The position numbers and the translations under genes are program-made. From NCBI GenBank assembly GCA_965232515.1, contig CBDDPY010000002.1, forward strand, positions 5,024,001-5,088,000: DNA of 64,000 bases, in the 5' to 3' direction. The stretch is from Alphaproteobacteria bacterium (lineage in GTDB: Bacteria; Pseudomonadota; Alphaproteobacteria; GCA-2731375). Numbering within the stretch: the stretch's first letter is position 1; every line of letters starts with the position of its first letter. Below the pieces are notes generated by a model, which was given only the letters and a program-made list of their open reading frames with translations, did no database searches and was not told where the DNA came from. Below, piece by piece: positions 48,007 through 59,150 of this stretch.

Positions 48007-48684
48007 ATGACTAGCGATAATCCCAAACGCCGCGCCGCCGAGGCGGCCGTGGCCCTGGTCCAGGACGGCATGCGCCTCGGCATCGGTACCGGCTCGACGG
48101 CGGCCGAGTTCATCCGCCTGCTGGCGGATCAGGTCCAGGCCGGCCTCAAGGTCACCGGCGTACCGACGTCGGAACGCAGCCGCGCGCTCTGCGCCGAGCT
48201 CGACGTGCCGCTGGCGACGCTCGCGGAGCTGCCCGAGCTCGATCTGGCGGTCGACGGCGCCGACGAATTCGACGGCGCCATGAACCTGATCAAGGGCGGC
48301 GGCGGCGCGCTGTTGCGCGAGAAGATCGTGGCGTCGTGCGCCGAACGGTTCGTGGTCATCGCCGACGCCTCGAAACGGGTCGAACGGCTCGGCGCCTTCC
48401 CGCTGCCGGTCGAGATCGTGCCGTTCGCCGCTCGGCCGCTGATCCACCGCATCGAGGAACTGGGCGCCACGGTGATGCTGCGTCGCGCCGGCGCCGGCCC
48501 GTTCGTCAGCGACGAGGGAAACAACATCCTGGACTGTGCTTTCGGCGAGATCGCCGATCCCGTCGGCCTCGCCGCCACGCTGCACGACGTGCCGGGCGTG
48601 GTCGATCACGGCCTGTTCATCGGCATGGCGGACGCCGTGATCGTCGGCACCGATGCTGGCGTCGAGGTAATCGAGCGGCGTTAA
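48007..48684 (+). CDS. rpiA: Ribose-5-phosphate isomerase A
   Basis: GIGTGST, DGADE, IKGGGGALLREKI, PLPVE, PGVVDHGLF. Confidence 0.96.
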   Translation: MTSDNPKRRAAEAAVALVQDGMRLGIGTGSTAAEFIRLLADQVQAGLKVTGVPTSERSRALCAELDVPLATLAELPELDLAVDGADEFDGAMNLIKGGGGALLREKIVASCAERFVVIADASKRVERLGAFPLPVEIVPFAARPLIHRIEELGATVMLRRAGAGPFVSDEGNNILDCAFGEIADPVGLAATLHDVPGVVDHGLFIGMADAVIVGTDAGVEVIERR

Positions 48685-48691
48685 AGATAGC

Positions 48692-49624
48692 CTAACCGGC
48701 GAGGCCGGAGAGGGCGCGGGCGAACTCCTGCGCGTCGAAGGGCTGCAGGTCGTCGGCGCCTTCGCCGACGCCGATGAAATGCACCGGCAGGCCGAATTTC
48801 TGCGCCACCGCCACCAGCACGCCGCCGCGCGCCGTGCCGTCGAGCTTGGTCATCGCAAGGCCGGTGACGTCGCAGACCTGCTGGAACACGTCGACCTGGT
48901 TCAGCGCGTTCTGGCCCGTCGTCGCGTCCAGCACAAGCAAGCAGGCGTGCGGCGCCGTCGCGTCGAGCTTGCGGATCACGCGGATGACCTTTTCCAGCTC
49001 GGCCATCAGGTCGGCCTTGTTCTGCAGCCGCCCGGCGGTGTCGATCAACAGCACGTCGGCGTCTGACTCCTTGGCCGCCTTCAGGCCTTCGAAGGCGACG
49101 CTCGCCGGGTCCGTGCCGACCTTCTGCGCCACCACCTGCGCGCCGGTGCGCTCGCCCCAGACCTGAAGCTGCTCGATGGCGGCGGCGCGGAAGGTATCGC
49201 CGGCGGCCAGCACCACGCGGCGGTCGGCGTCGCGCAGCTGCTTCGCCATCTTGCCGATGGTGGTGGTCTTGCCGGTGCCGTTGACGCCGACGACCAGCAC
49301 CACGTGCGGCCGGTTGTCGGGGTCGATGTGCAGCGGCTGGGCCACCGGCTCCAGAATGCCGGCCACCACCTCGCTCAGCGCGCCGCGCACCTCGTCGGGC
49401 GTGACCTCACGGTCGAACTTGTCGCTTGCCAGCCGGGCTGTCACCTCGCCGGCGGTGACCGGGCCGAGGTCGGCGGCGATCAGAATATCTTCCAGCTCCT
49501 CAAGCGCCGCGTCGTCCAGCCGGCGCTTGTTGAACAGGCCGGTGATGCCGTCGCTCAGGCTGCCGGCGCTGCGGCTGAGGCCTGCTTTCAAGCGGCCGAA
49601 CCAGCCGGGCTTGCCGTCGCTCAC
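48692..49624 (-). CDS. ftsY: SRP receptor FtsY
   Basis: GVNGTGKTTT, DTFRAAA, DTAGRL, TKLDGTARGG. Confidence 0.96.
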   Translation of the reverse strand: MSDGKPGWFGRLKAGLSRSAGSLSDGITGLFNKRRLDDAALEELEDILIAADLGPVTAGEVTARLASDKFDREVTPDEVRGALSEVVAGILEPVAQPLHIDPDNRPHVVLVVGVNGTGKTTTIGKMAKQLRDADRRVVLAAGDTFRAAAIEQLQVWGERTGAQVVAQKVGTDPASVAFEGLKAAKESDADVLLIDTAGRLQNKADLMAELEKVIRVIRKLDATAPHACLLVLDATTGQNALNQVDVFQQVCDVTGLAMTKLDGTARGGVLVAVAQKFGLPVHFIGVGEGADDLQPFDAQEFARALSGLAG

Positions 49625-49631
49625 GTGGCGC

Positions 49632-50876
49632 TCAATGAATCCGGCGGCCGACCAGGCGGTCGCCGTCGACACCGGTGATCTCGGCCGTGGCGAGCTCTCC
49701 GGGCGCCAGGACCGTGTCGAGCGACACCGGCGCGAATTGCTCGGTCCGGCCGCCGGTCTCGGTTTCCAGCAGCACCTGCGCCCGGCTGCCGACGCGGCCG
49801 TCGAGGAACCGCGTCATCGCCTGCCGCCCCCGCGCCCGCAGCTCGGCCGCGCGTTCGCGCCGCAAAGCCGTCGGCAGTTGCGGCATGCGGGCTGCCGGCG
49901 TGCCGGGGCGGGCCGAATAGGGAAAGACGTGCAGATAGGTCAGGCCGCAATCGTCGATCAGCCGGGCCGAGTTCTCGAACATCGCATCGGTCTCGGTCGG
50001 GAAGCCGGCGATCAGGTCGGCGCCGAACACCACATCGGGCCGCCGCCGCCGGACCTCCGCGCAGAATTCCACCGACTGGGCGCGACTATGCCGGCGCTTC
50101 ATGCGCTTCAGGATCATGTCGTCGCCGGCCTGCAGGCTCAGATGCAGGTGCGGCATCAGCCGCGGCTCGTCTGCGATCAGGCCCATCAGTTCGTCGTCGA
50201 CCTCGACGGAATCGATCGACGAGAGCCGCAGGCGCGGCAGTTCCGGCAAGGCCGCCAGTAGCCGCCGGCACAGCGCGCCAAGGCCGGGCCCACCGGGCAG
50301 GTCGGCGCCGTAGGACGTGATGTCGACCCCGGTCAGCACCACCTCCCGGTAGCCGTTCTCGACCAGCCGTCGGGCCTGTTCGACGACGGCACCCATGGGC
50401 ACGCTGCGGCTGTTGCCTCGCGCATAGGGGATGATGCAGAAGGTGCAGCGGTGGTCGCAGCCCTGCTGCACCTGGACGAAGGCGCGCGCCCGGCCATCGA
50501 AACCATCGACCAGATGGCCGGCGACCTCGCGCACGGCCATGATGTCGTTCACCTGCACGGGCGCGTCCGCTGTGATGCCGAAACTGTCGGCCTGCAGCTT
50601 TTCCGCGTTGCCCAGCACCCGGTCGACCTCGGGCATTTCGGCGAAGGCCTCGGGCTCGAGCTGGGCGGCGCAGCCGGTGACAATGATCTGGGCGTCCGGC
50701 CGCGCCCGGCGGGCCTTACGGATCGCCTGGCGGGCCTGCCGCACGGCTTCGCCGGTCACCGCGCAGGTATTGACGATCACCGCGTCGTCCAGGCCGGCGT
50801 CGCTGGCGTGCCGCCGCATCACCTCGCTTTCGAACGTGTTGAGACGGCAGCCGAAGGTGACGAGGTCGAGGCTCAT
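49632..50876 (-). CDS. mtaB: tRNA t6A methylthiotransferase
   Basis: TFGCRLN, NTCAVT, GCDHRCTFCIIP, IAGFPTET, FPYS.RPGT. Confidence 0.95.
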   Translation of the reverse strand: MSLDLVTFGCRLNTFESEVMRRHASDAGLDDAVIVNTCAVTGEAVRQARQAIRKARRARPDAQIIVTGCAAQLEPEAFAEMPEVDRVLGNAEKLQADSFGITADAPVQVNDIMAVREVAGHLVDGFDGRARAFVQVQQGCDHRCTFCIIPYARGNSRSVPMGAVVEQARRLVENGYREVVLTGVDITSYGADLPGGPGLGALCRRLLAALPELPRLRLSSIDSVEVDDELMGLIADEPRLMPHLHLSLQAGDDMILKRMKRRHSRAQSVEFCAEVRRRRPDVVFGADLIAGFPTETDAMFENSARLIDDCGLTYLHVFPYSARPGTPAARMPQLPTALRRERAAELRARGRQAMTRFLDGRVGSRAQVLLETETGGRTEQFAPVSLDTVLAPGELATAEITGVDGDRLVGRRIH

Positions 50877-51742
50877 GCCGCCCGGCCTTCGCCCGCCGGC
50901 AGCAGGCTCGGGTCCAGTACGCCGGTATAGCTGGTGGCGACCGGTCCGGTCATGTCGACATGGTCGTCGGCCCGCCAGTCGACCGCCAGCTCGCCGCCGT
51001 CGAGCCGGATGCGCACCCGCCGCTCGGTCAGGTCCCGCCGCGCGCCCGCGACGGCGGCGGCGCAGGCGCCCGACCCGCAAGCCTGCGTGATGCCGGCGCC
51101 GCGCTCCCAGACGCGCAGGCGGATGGCGTCGCGCGACAACACCTGGGCCACCGAGATATTGGCGCGCTCCGGGAACAGCGGATGCCGTTCCAGCATCGGG
51201 CCCACCGTCGGCAGATCGATCGCTTCGGCGTCGTCGACGAAAAAGACTGCGTGCGGATTGCCCATGTTGACGCCGACCGGGTCGGACAGCACCGGGGCGC
51301 TCGCCGGGCCCAGCGTCAGCTCCAGATGAACCGTGTCCATCTCTTGCGCCACCGGGATCTCGTTCCAGGCGAGCCGAGGCGCGCCCATGTCGACGCTGAC
51401 GCGGCCATTCGCCGCCGCGCGGGCATGCAGCAGACCGCCCAGCGTCTCGATCATGGCCTCGGTCTTGCCGGTCTCGGCGAACAGCAGGGCCGCGACGCAG
51501 CGCGTGCCGTTGCCGCAGGCGCCGACCTCGCCGCCGTCGGGATTGTGGATGCGCATGAAGACGTCGGCCGCCGGATCGTTGGCGGGCTCGATGCTGATGA
51601 CCTGGTCGCAGCCGACGCCGGTGCGGCGGTCGGCGACGGCGCGCGCCGCCTCGGCCTGCACCCGGAAGGCCGACGACCGGTTGTCGAGCACGACGAAGTC
51701 GTTGCCCAGCCCGTGCATCTTTATGAAAGGCTGTCCGTTCAT
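50873..51742 (-). CDS. dapF: Diaminopimelate epimerase
   Basis: KMHGLGNDF, CGNG.RC, MGNPH, VWERGAG.T.ACGSGACA. Confidence 0.97.
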   Translation of the reverse strand: MNGQPFIKMHGLGNDFVVLDNRSSAFRVQAEAARAVADRRTGVGCDQVISIEPANDPAADVFMRIHNPDGGEVGACGNGTRCVAALLFAETGKTEAMIETLGGLLHARAAANGRVSVDMGAPRLAWNEIPVAQEMDTVHLELTLGPASAPVLSDPVGVNMGNPHAVFFVDDAEAIDLPTVGPMLERHPLFPERANISVAQVLSRDAIRLRVWERGAGITQACGSGACAAAVAGARRDLTERRVRIRLDGGELAVDWRADDHVDMTGPVATSYTGVLDPSLLPAGEGRAA

Positions 51743-51781
51743 AGCGCCGGATATACGCCCAACAGGCCGGAAAAACCAGAC

Positions 51782-52366
51782 TCAGTCCAGGCAGGCGAGC
51801 GCCGTTTTGGCGATATCCTTCAATGCCGCCCGGTTCGCCTGCGCCTTTGCGAAAATGCGCAGACCCTGGAGGCTGGAGGTCACGAACCGCGCCAGCGCGC
51901 GCACGTCCTTGTCGGCCGGGATCTCGCCATCCTCCTGCGCCGCGACCAAGCGCCGGTAAATCCGCGTCTCGATACGGGCGAGGCCTGCCGCGACGCGCTT
52001 GGCCGCATCGGGGTCGTCGGACGCCAGTTCGGCGGCGCAATTGCCCAGAAAACAGCCGCGCCGGTCGCCGTTGTCGATAATCCGCTCGATGGCGATCTCG
52101 AACAGCGCGCCGATTGCTTCGCGCACGTCGCCGGGCCGGTCGAGCGCGCGCTGAATATACGGCTTGACGTTGACCTCGTCGTACTTGTCCAGCGCCGCGA
52201 ACAGCAGCTCCCGCTTGCTGCCGAAGCTGTGATAGAGGCTCGAGCGGCCGATGCCCATGGCGTCGCAGAGGTCGTCGAGCGACGTCGCCTCATAGCCATG
52301 CGCCCAGAAGGCGTGCATCGCCTTCTCGACGGCTTCGTCCTGATCGAATTCACGTGGGCGCGCCAT
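51782..52366 (-). CDS. TetR family regulator
   Basis: MARPREFD, FW.HGYEATS, SLYHSFGSK, GCFL.N. Confidence 0.92.
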   Translation of the reverse strand: MARPREFDQDEAVEKAMHAFWAHGYEATSLDDLCDAMGIGRSSLYHSFGSKRELLFAALDKYDEVNVKPYIQRALDRPGDVREAIGALFEIAIERIIDNGDRRGCFLGNCAAELASDDPDAAKRVAAGLARIETRIYRRLVAAQEDGEIPADKDVRALARFVTSSLQGLRIFAKAQANRAALKDIAKTALACLD

Positions 52367-52417
52367 GGCTCACCCCCAAATTCCTCTCGTCGCAACCACT
52401 TAGCACAAATATGGCGA

Positions 52418-52439
52418 TTCCGGACCGCTCGTTCCAGAA
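52418..52439. promoter_or_regulatory. Probable TetR operator
   Basis: Imperfect palindrome TTCCGGACCGCTCGTTCCAGAA upstream of tetR. Confidence 0.55.
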
Positions 52440-52444
52440 AAACC

Positions 52445-53236
52445 TCAATCGCCCCAGCCGCTGATCCGGCAGGCGCGAAACCGGGACTCGAACGGGCGGG
52501 GCGCCGTCGGGTCGGCGACGTGGTTCTCGATCCAGGCCGCCAACTCGTCGATCATTGCCGCATAGACGGCATCGTCCACCGACCAAGTGGAGGAATAGGT
52601 CCGGCTCTTCAAGAGTTCGAACGCGTCCGCGATCGGCTGATCGATGGTCCAGGTCGTGAGCGTCCGCTCTTCGGCCTTGGCGCCACGGGCCACGAAGTGG
52701 CGGATGGCCGTATCCAGGTGTTCCGCGCCGCGCCGCCGCATCACGACGCCGTGGCGTTGGGTGATCTCGCGCCAGGCCTGGCGGAAGCCGTCGCCGGGCT
52801 CGTCCCGCGCCGTCGAGCAGATGACGATGCCGCCGCGCGGGTCGACAACGCGACAAAGCTCTTCGGCGGCGTCCGTCCAGTTCGGGATCAAATGAAAGAC
52901 GTGCGCGACGATGCCGATATCGAAGGCGGCGTCGGCAAAAGGCAGTCGGGTCGCGTCGGCCTGGGCCAGACATAGGTTGGTGGCACCCGCTGACTTGTCG
53001 CGCAGCACCGCCATCATCGGCAGCGACAGATCGATGCCGACATAGCGGGCGCCGCGCCGCAGCAGCGGCAGCGCGATCCGGCCGGTGCCGATGCCGATTT
53101 CGAAAAAGCGGCTGTCGGGCGTCGCGCCGGTCAGACCGGCGATGCCGTCGGCGACGGCGGCCTGGTGGGTATCGGGGATGAAGCGGCTGCGGTCGTAAAC
53201 CGCGGCCACGCGGTCGAAAACAATGCTGTCCGGCAT
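52445..53236 (-). CDS. Class I SAM-dependent methyltransferase
   Basis: FDRVAAVYD, EIGIGTGR, GIDLS, ADATRLPF. Confidence 0.9.
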   Translation of the reverse strand: MPDSIVFDRVAAVYDRSRFIPDTHQAAVADGIAGLTGATPDSRFFEIGIGTGRIALPLLRRGARYVGIDLSLPMMAVLRDKSAGATNLCLAQADATRLPFADAAFDIGIVAHVFHLIPNWTDAAEELCRVVDPRGGIVICSTARDEPGDGFRQAWREITQRHGVVMRRRGAEHLDTAIRHFVARGAKAEERTLTTWTIDQPIADAFELLKSRTYSSTWSVDDAVYAAMIDELAAWIENHVADPTAPRPFESRFRACRISGWGD

Positions 53237-53284
53237 TCCCCCGCCCCTGGTCGCCAAAACCGGGACAAGTCTAGCCGTTCGTTG

Positions 53285-53833
53285 TTACTCGGGCGCGTCT
53301 TCTTTGCGGAAGAACAGGGTCACCTGACCGATTTCGATGCCGAACTTGCTGACATAGGCGCGGTTGATCATCACGCCGCCATCGTGCAGGAACAGCCAGT
53401 CGTTGAAGTGCACGTTCCAGGTGCCGTCGCCGACCGGCAGATCGATATCGTAGGACCAGTTGAAGGCCCGGCCGCTGGTGAAACCGCGCGCCACGCCTTC
53501 GATATCGTCGGCGCGGCCGGTATAGCTGCCGTCGGGCTCCTTGGTGATGCGCCAGATGCGCTGGTCGATCTCGCCGTCGTCGTAGACGAAATCCTCGACC
53601 AGCGTCAGCAGCGTGCCGTCCCAGGTGCCGTCGATCTCGACCTGAAACTGGCGCCGGACCTTGCCGAACCGGTCCTCGAACAGACCCCAGGCCTTGGTCT
53701 TGCCGGTGAAATAGTCTTCCAGCACCAGCGCCGGCTTGGTGCCGGCATATTCGTCCAGGCTCGCCCCGCCGCAGGCCGAAAGCCCGAGCAGAACGCCGAA
53801 CGAAGCAATGAATCCGTACCAGACACGGGTCAT
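53285..53833 (-). CDS. DUF3833 family lipoprotein
   Basis: LSAC lipobox, YFTG..KAWG, EDFVYDDG, INRA.VSKFG. Confidence 0.85.
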   Translation of the reverse strand: MTRVWYGFIASFGVLLGLSACGGASLDEYAGTKPALVLEDYFTGKTKAWGLFEDRFGKVRRQFQVEIDGTWDGTLLTLVEDFVYDDGEIDQRIWRITKEPDGSYTGRADDIEGVARGFTSGRAFNWSYDIDLPVGDGTWNVHFNDWLFLHDGGVMINRAYVSKFGIEIGQVTLFFRKEDAPE

Positions 53834-54061
53834 GCGGGGGTCCTTTGCTGCGGTTTCAACAGAGTTTTACGAGCCCGCCGGCAAGACGGATGTGGTTACC
53901 TGCGAAACGGCCAGTCCGCGTCAACCATATCTTGCTGTAAGTCCGTGTTTGGCTTGACTGACACTTGCATTGCGCCTAAATAGCGGGCGCTTTTTACCGG
54001 CGGATGCGAGAGTGGCGCATCGGCCGTTTTGGCATGATTTCGACGATCCGGACGAAAGTGC

Positions 54062-55429
54062 ATGTTTGACAGCCTCACAGGCCGTCTCGGCGAGGTATTC
54101 GACCGTCTGACCAAACGCGGCGTTCTGTCCGAAGCGGACGTGAACGAGGCGCTGCGCGAGGTTCGGGTCGCGCTGCTCGAGGCCGACGTATCGCTGCCGG
54201 TGGTGCGATCGTTCATCGACAAAATCCGCGACCGCGCGGTCGGCCAGGAAGTCCTGCGCTCGGTCACGCCGGGCCAGATGGTCATCAAGGTCGTGCACGA
54301 CCAACTGGTCGAGATGCTGGGCGCGGACGCCGTCGATATCGATGTCAATGCCGTGCCGCCGGCGGCCATGCTGATGGTCGGCCTGCAGGGCTCGGGCAAG
54401 ACGACGACGACGGCGAAGATCGCCAAGCGCCTGACCGACCGGGACAAGAAGAAGGTCCTGATGGCCTCGCTCGACGTGCGCCGTCCGGCGGCGCAGGAGC
54501 AGCTCAAGGTGCTGGGCGAGCAGGCCGAGGTGGCGACGCTGCCGATCGTGCCGGGCCAGATGCCGGTCGATATCGCCAAGCGCGCCATGCAGGCCGGCAA
54601 GCTGCAGGGCTACGACGTCGTCATTCTGGACACGGCCGGCCGCCTGCACGTGGACGAAGCCCTGATGTCCGAGGTTCAGGCCGTACGCGACGCGGTGCAG
54701 CCGGTCGAGACGCTGCTGGTCGCCGACAGCCTGACCGGCCAGGACGCGGTCAACGTGGCGCAGTCGTTCAACGAACGCATCAGCCTGAGCGGCATCGTGC
54801 TGACCCGTATCGACGGCGACGGCCGCGGCGGCGCGGCGCTCAGCATGCGCCAGGTGACCGGCTGCCCGATCAAGCTGCTCGGCGTCGGCGAGAAGCTGGA
54901 CGCCCTCGAGGCCTTCCATCCCGAACGCATCGCCGGCCGCATCCTGGGCATGGGCGACGTCGTCAGCCTGGTCGAGAAGGCGGCCGAGACGATCGAGCAG
55001 GAAGACGCCGAAAAGCTCGCCAAGAAGGTCCAGAAGGGCCAGTTCGATATGGAGGACCTGCTGTCGCAGCTCCGCCAGATCCGCAAGATGGGCGGGCTCG
55101 ACGGCCTGATGGGCATGCTGCCCGGCGTCGGCAAGATGAAGAAGCAAATGGCTGACGCGAAGATCGACCCCGATCTGATCAAGCGGCAAGAGGCCATCAT
55201 CCTGTCGATGACGCAGGCCGAACGCGGCAATCCGAAGCTGATCGCCGCTTCGCGCAAACGCCGCATCGCCAGCGGCTCGGGCACCAGCGTGCAGGAGGTC
55301 AACAAGCTGCTGAAGCAGCACCTGCAAATGGTCTCGATGATGAAGAAAGTGAACAAGCTCGGTAAGAAAGGCCTGCTGCGCGGCGGCATGCCCGGAATGC
55401 CGGGCATGCCAGGGCTGCCGCCGCAATAG
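54062..55429 (+). CDS. ffh: Signal recognition particle protein
   Basis: ALLEADV, GLQGSGKTTT, DTAGRL, RILGMGD, Met-rich M domain. Confidence 0.98.
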   Translation: MFDSLTGRLGEVFDRLTKRGVLSEADVNEALREVRVALLEADVSLPVVRSFIDKIRDRAVGQEVLRSVTPGQMVIKVVHDQLVEMLGADAVDIDVNAVPPAAMLMVGLQGSGKTTTTAKIAKRLTDRDKKKVLMASLDVRRPAAQEQLKVLGEQAEVATLPIVPGQMPVDIAKRAMQAGKLQGYDVVILDTAGRLHVDEALMSEVQAVRDAVQPVETLLVADSLTGQDAVNVAQSFNERISLSGIVLTRIDGDGRGGAALSMRQVTGCPIKLLGVGEKLDALEAFHPERIAGRILGMGDVVSLVEKAAETIEQEDAEKLAKKVQKGQFDMEDLLSQLRQIRKMGGLDGLMGMLPGVGKMKKQMADAKIDPDLIKRQEAIILSMTQAERGNPKLIAASRKRRIASGSGTSVQEVNKLLKQHLQMVSMMKKVNKLGKKGLLRGGMPGMPGMPGLPPQ

Positions 55430-55474
55430 GGCGCGGCCGACGAACGCGATACGAAGCAAGGGACACGTAAACGT

Positions 55475-55918
55475 ATGGCATTGAAAATCCGGTTATCGCG
55501 GGGCGGCGCCAAGAAGCGGCCGTTCTACCGTATTGTTGTCGCCGACGGCCGGGCGCCGCGCGACGGCCGTTTCATCGAGCGGCTCGGCACCTATGATCCG
55601 TTGCTGCCGCGCGACAGCGAGGACCGGGTCAAGTTCGACGCCGAGCGGGTGAAGTTCTGGCTGGCCCGCGGCGCGCAGCCGACCGACCGGGTCGCGCGTT
55701 TCTTCGGCCAGGCCGAAATCATCGAGATGCCGAAGCGCAACAATCCTGAGAAGGCCAAGCCGAAGGCGAAGGCGCAGGAGCGGCTGGCCGCGGCGGCCGA
55801 AGCCAAGGCCGCGGCCGAGGCCGAGGCGGCCGCTCCGGCAGAAGAGGCGCCGGCCGAGGATGCCCCGGCGGCGTCCGACGAGGCGGCAAACGGCGATGAG
55901 GCCGCCGCCGAGTCCTGA
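55475..55918 (+). CDS. rpsP: 30S ribosomal protein S16
   Basis: [29 protein letters not shown]. Confidence 0.98.
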   Translation: MALKIRLSRGGAKKRPFYRIVVADGRAPRDGRFIERLGTYDPLLPRDSEDRVKFDAERVKFWLARGAQPTDRVARFFGQAEIIEMPKRNNPEKAKPKAKAQERLAAAAEAKAAAEAEAAAPAEEAPAEDAPAASDEAANGDEAAAES

Positions 55919-56459
55919 GCGGCCGGCGAAGGCGGCGCAACCTGATCGGCGGGTTCAACTCGGCACGATCGTTGCGCCGCACGGCGTTCGCGGGCTGGTA
56001 AAGGTCCGCAGCTTTACCGACGACCCCTCCGACATCGTGAGCTACGGTCCGCTGCAGGACGCGCAGGGGCGTGCCGTCGCGCTGAGTCTGCGCGGGCCGA
56101 CCAAGGGCGGTCTGCTGGCCGCCGTCGCGGGTGTGGAGGACCGGGATGCGGCCGAAGCCATGCGGGGCGTCAAGCTTTATGTGCCGCGCGAGGCCCTGCC
56201 GGCAACCGACGATGACGAGGAGTATTACTACGCCGACCTGATCGGCCTGAGGGTCGAAACGGCCGAGGGCGCCGTGCTTGGCCGTGTGAAGGCGGTGCAC
56301 GATTTCGGTGCCGGCGACGTGCTGGAAGTCGTTTTGGAGGCCGGCGGCAGCGAATTGCTGCCGTTCACGCGCGACATGGTGCCGGTCGTCGACCTGGCCG
56401 GCGGGCGTTTGGTTGTCGCCGGAGATGAGCCGGCCGACGCGGACGAGGGGGCGGCCTGA
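55896..56459 (+). CDS. rimM: Ribosome maturation factor RimM
   Basis: [25 protein letters not shown]; start uncertain. Confidence 0.93.
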   Translation: MRPPPSPERPAKAAQPDRRVQLGTIVAPHGVRGLVKVRSFTDDPSDIVSYGPLQDAQGRAVALSLRGPTKGGLLAAVAGVEDRDAAEAMRGVKLYVPREALPATDDDEEYYYADLIGLRVETAEGAVLGRVKAVHDFGAGDVLEVVLEAGGSELLPFTRDMVPVVDLAGGRLVVAGDEPADADEGAA

Positions 56460-56461
56460 AT

Positions 56462-57193
56462 ATGTCGGATCCGGAGGCGATCTGGACGGTCCGGGTGCTG
56501 ACGCTGTTCCCGGAAATGTTCCCCGGACCGCTGGGCTACAGCCTTGCCGGGCGGGCCCTCGAAAAAGGCCTGTGGCGGCTGGAAACGGTGGACATTCGCG
56601 AATTTGCGCGCGATAAACACCGCACCGTCGACGATGCGCCCTTCGGCGGCGGTCCCGGTATGGTGATGCGGGCCGACGTCCTGGGCGATGCGATCGACGC
56701 CACGATGGCGCGCGGAGGGGGCGGCGCGGCCGACGTGCCGCTGATCTACCTGAGCCCGCGGGGCCGGCCGGCCGATCAACAGCTGGTCGGCAAGTTGGCG
56801 TCGGGCGCCGGACCGGTCCTGATCTGTGGCCGGTTCGAGGGGGTCGACGAGCGGGTGCTGGAGGCGCGCGACGTCGTCGAGGTCAGTATCGGCGATTTCG
56901 TCCTGTCGGGCGGCGAGCCGGCGGCCATTGCGCTGATCGACGCCATTGTCAGGTTGCTGCCGGGCGTGGTGGGCGATCCGGCGGCATTGGCGGAGGAGAG
57001 TTTTTCGCGGGGACTGCTTGAGTACCCGCAGTATACCCGGCCCCAGACGTGGGAAGGCCGGGAGGTGCCGGAGGTGTTGCTGTCCGGCCACCACGAACGC
57101 ATCCGTGAATGGCGGCAACGCCAGGCGGAAGCTTTGACGAAGACGCGGCGGCGGGACCTGTGGTCGCGCTACGTCGCCGAAGAGCATAGATGA
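56462..57193 (+). CDS. trmD: tRNA (guanine-37-N1) methyltransferase
   Basis: [40 protein letters not shown]. Confidence 0.97.
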   Translation: MSDPEAIWTVRVLTLFPEMFPGPLGYSLAGRALEKGLWRLETVDIREFARDKHRTVDDAPFGGGPGMVMRADVLGDAIDATMARGGGGAADVPLIYLSPRGRPADQQLVGKLASGAGPVLICGRFEGVDERVLEARDVVEVSIGDFVLSGGEPAAIALIDAIVRLLPGVVGDPAALAEESFSRGLLEYPQYTRPQTWEGREVPEVLLSGHHERIREWRQRQAEALTKTRRRDLWSRYVAEEHR

Positions 57194-57204
57194 GGGCCGA
57201 GGCC

Positions 57205-57624
57205 ATGAACCTGATTGAAGCGCTGGAAAAAGACCAGGTAGAGAAACTGACATCGGCGCGCGCGGTGCCGGAGTTCGGCCCTGGCGATACGCTTAGAGTG
57301 AACGTGAAGGTGGTCGAGGGCACGCGCGAGCGCGTGCAGGCCTTCGAGGGCGTTTGCATCGGCCTGAAGCGGGCCGGCCTGAACTCGTCCTTCACGGTCC
57401 GCAAGATTTCCTACGGCGAAGGCGTCGAGCGCGTGTTCCCGCTGCATTCGCCGCGCATCGAGTCGATCCAGGTCGTGCGGCGCGGCCGCGTGCGGCGGGC
57501 CAAGCTCTATTACCTTCGTGGCCGGCGCGGCAAGTCCGCTCGCATCGCCGAGCGTCAGGACCATCGCCGGCAGACGGGCGGCAAGGCCGACGCGCCGGCG
57601 CCAAAGGCGACCGCCGCCGAGTAA
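57205..57624 (+). CDS. rplS: 50S ribosomal protein L19
   Basis: [33 protein letters not shown]. Confidence 0.98.
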   Translation: MNLIEALEKDQVEKLTSARAVPEFGPGDTLRVNVKVVEGTRERVQAFEGVCIGLKRAGLNSSFTVRKISYGEGVERVFPLHSPRIESIQVVRRGRVRRAKLYYLRGRRGKSARIAERQDHRRQTGGKADAPAPKATAAE

Positions 57625-57732
57625 CACGGGGGCCGAGGCCGCCGGCGGCCGGGCAAGCTAACGCCGGTGGACCTGGCAACCAGCCCGACAAACCGGGTGC
57701 GGCGTTGATAATTCGGGAGGAGACGCGCAGCC

Positions 57733-59139
57733 ATGAGCAAGCCGCGCACGCTGTTTGACAAGATCTGGGAAAGCCATGTCGTGCATGCGCAGGACGATGG
57801 CGCCTGCGTGCTGTATATCGACCGGCATCTCGTGCACGAGGTGACCAGCCCGCAAGCCTTCGAGGGCCTACGCGCGGCCGGCCGCAAGGTGCGGCGCCCC
57901 GACGCGACGCTCGCCGTCGCCGACCACAACGTGCCGACCACGGACCGGTCGAAGGGCATCGACGACGAGGAATCCCGCGTCCAGGTCGATACGCTGACCC
58001 GCAATTGCGAAGAATTCGGTGTGGAACTGTTCGATATGAACGATGTGCGCCAGGGCATCGTGCATATCATCGGTCCCGAGCAGGGATTCACGCAGCCCGG
58101 CAACACCATCGTCTGCGGCGACAGCCACACGGCGACGCATGGCGCCTTCGGCGCGCTCGCCTTCGGCATCGGCACATCCGAGGTTGAGCACGTGCTGGCC
58201 ACACAGACGTTGATCCAGCAGCGGCCGAAGAACATGCAAGTGCAGGTCGACGGCCCGCTGCCGCTGGGCTGCACCGGCAAGGACCTGATCCTGGCCATCA
58301 TCGGCAAGATCGGCACCGCCGGCGGCACCGGCCATGTCATCGAATATACCGGCGAGGCGATCCGCGGGCTCAGCATGGAAGGCCGCATGTCGGTCTGCAA
58401 CATGACCATCGAGGCCGGCGCCCGCGCAGGGCTGATCGCGCCGGACGACACCACCTTCGACTATATGAAAGGCCGGCCCTTGTCGCCAAAGGGCGGCGCC
58501 TTCGAGCAGGCCGTGGCCTATTGGCGGACGCTGGTGAGCGACGAGGATGCCGAATTCGACAAGTCGGTGACGATATCGACCGCCGATATCGTGCCGTATG
58601 TCACCTGGGGCACCAGTCCGGAGGACGCGCTGCCGATCACGGCCGTCGTGCCCGATCCGGGCTCGGCGGCGAGCGACGAAAAGCGCAAGTCGATCGAGCG
58701 CGCGCTCGCCTATATGGGGCTCGAAGCGGGCGTGCCGCTCACACAGGTCAAGATCGACCGCGCTTTCATCGGTTCCTGCACCAACGGCCGGATCGAGGAT
58801 CTTCGGGCCGCCGCGGCGGTCGCCAAGGGCCGGAAGGTCGCCGATCACGTCGGCGCGATGGTGGTGCCGGGCTCGGGTCTGGTGAAGGCGCAGGCCGAGG
58901 AAGAGGGCCTGGACAAGATCTTTTTGGAGGCCGGTTTCGAATGGCGCGAGCCGGGCTGCTCCATGTGCCTGGCGATGAACGCCGACCGGCTGGAGCCGGG
59001 CGAGCGTTGCGCCTCGACGTCGAACCGCAATTTCGAAGGCCGCCAGGGCTTTGGCGGCCGCACGCACCTGATGAGCCCGGCCATGGCCGCGGCGGCCGCG
59101 GTCAGCGGCCATCTCGCCGACGTGCGCGACTTCAGCTAG
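57733..59139 (+). CDS. leuC: 3-isopropylmalate dehydratase large subunit
   Basis: [46 protein letters not shown]. Confidence 0.98.
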   Translation: MSKPRTLFDKIWESHVVHAQDDGACVLYIDRHLVHEVTSPQAFEGLRAAGRKVRRPDATLAVADHNVPTTDRSKGIDDEESRVQVDTLTRNCEEFGVELFDMNDVRQGIVHIIGPEQGFTQPGNTIVCGDSHTATHGAFGALAFGIGTSEVEHVLATQTLIQQRPKNMQVQVDGPLPLGCTGKDLILAIIGKIGTAGGTGHVIEYTGEAIRGLSMEGRMSVCNMTIEAGARAGLIAPDDTTFDYMKGRPLSPKGGAFEQAVAYWRTLVSDEDAEFDKSVTISTADIVPYVTWGTSPEDALPITAVVPDPGSAASDEKRKSIERALAYMGLEAGVPLTQVKIDRAFIGSCTNGRIEDLRAAAAVAKGRKVADHVGAMVVPGSGLVKAQAEEEGLDKIFLEAGFEWREPGCSMCLAMNADRLEPGERCASTSNRNFEGRQGFGGRTHLMSPAMAAAAAVSGHLADVRDFS

Positions 59140-59150
59140 GGGAGCAGGCC

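Noticed and set aside
55386-55915. Low-complexity repeats at the ffh and rpsP C-termini
   Set aside because: GMP repeats and Ala/Glu tails are normal for these proteins
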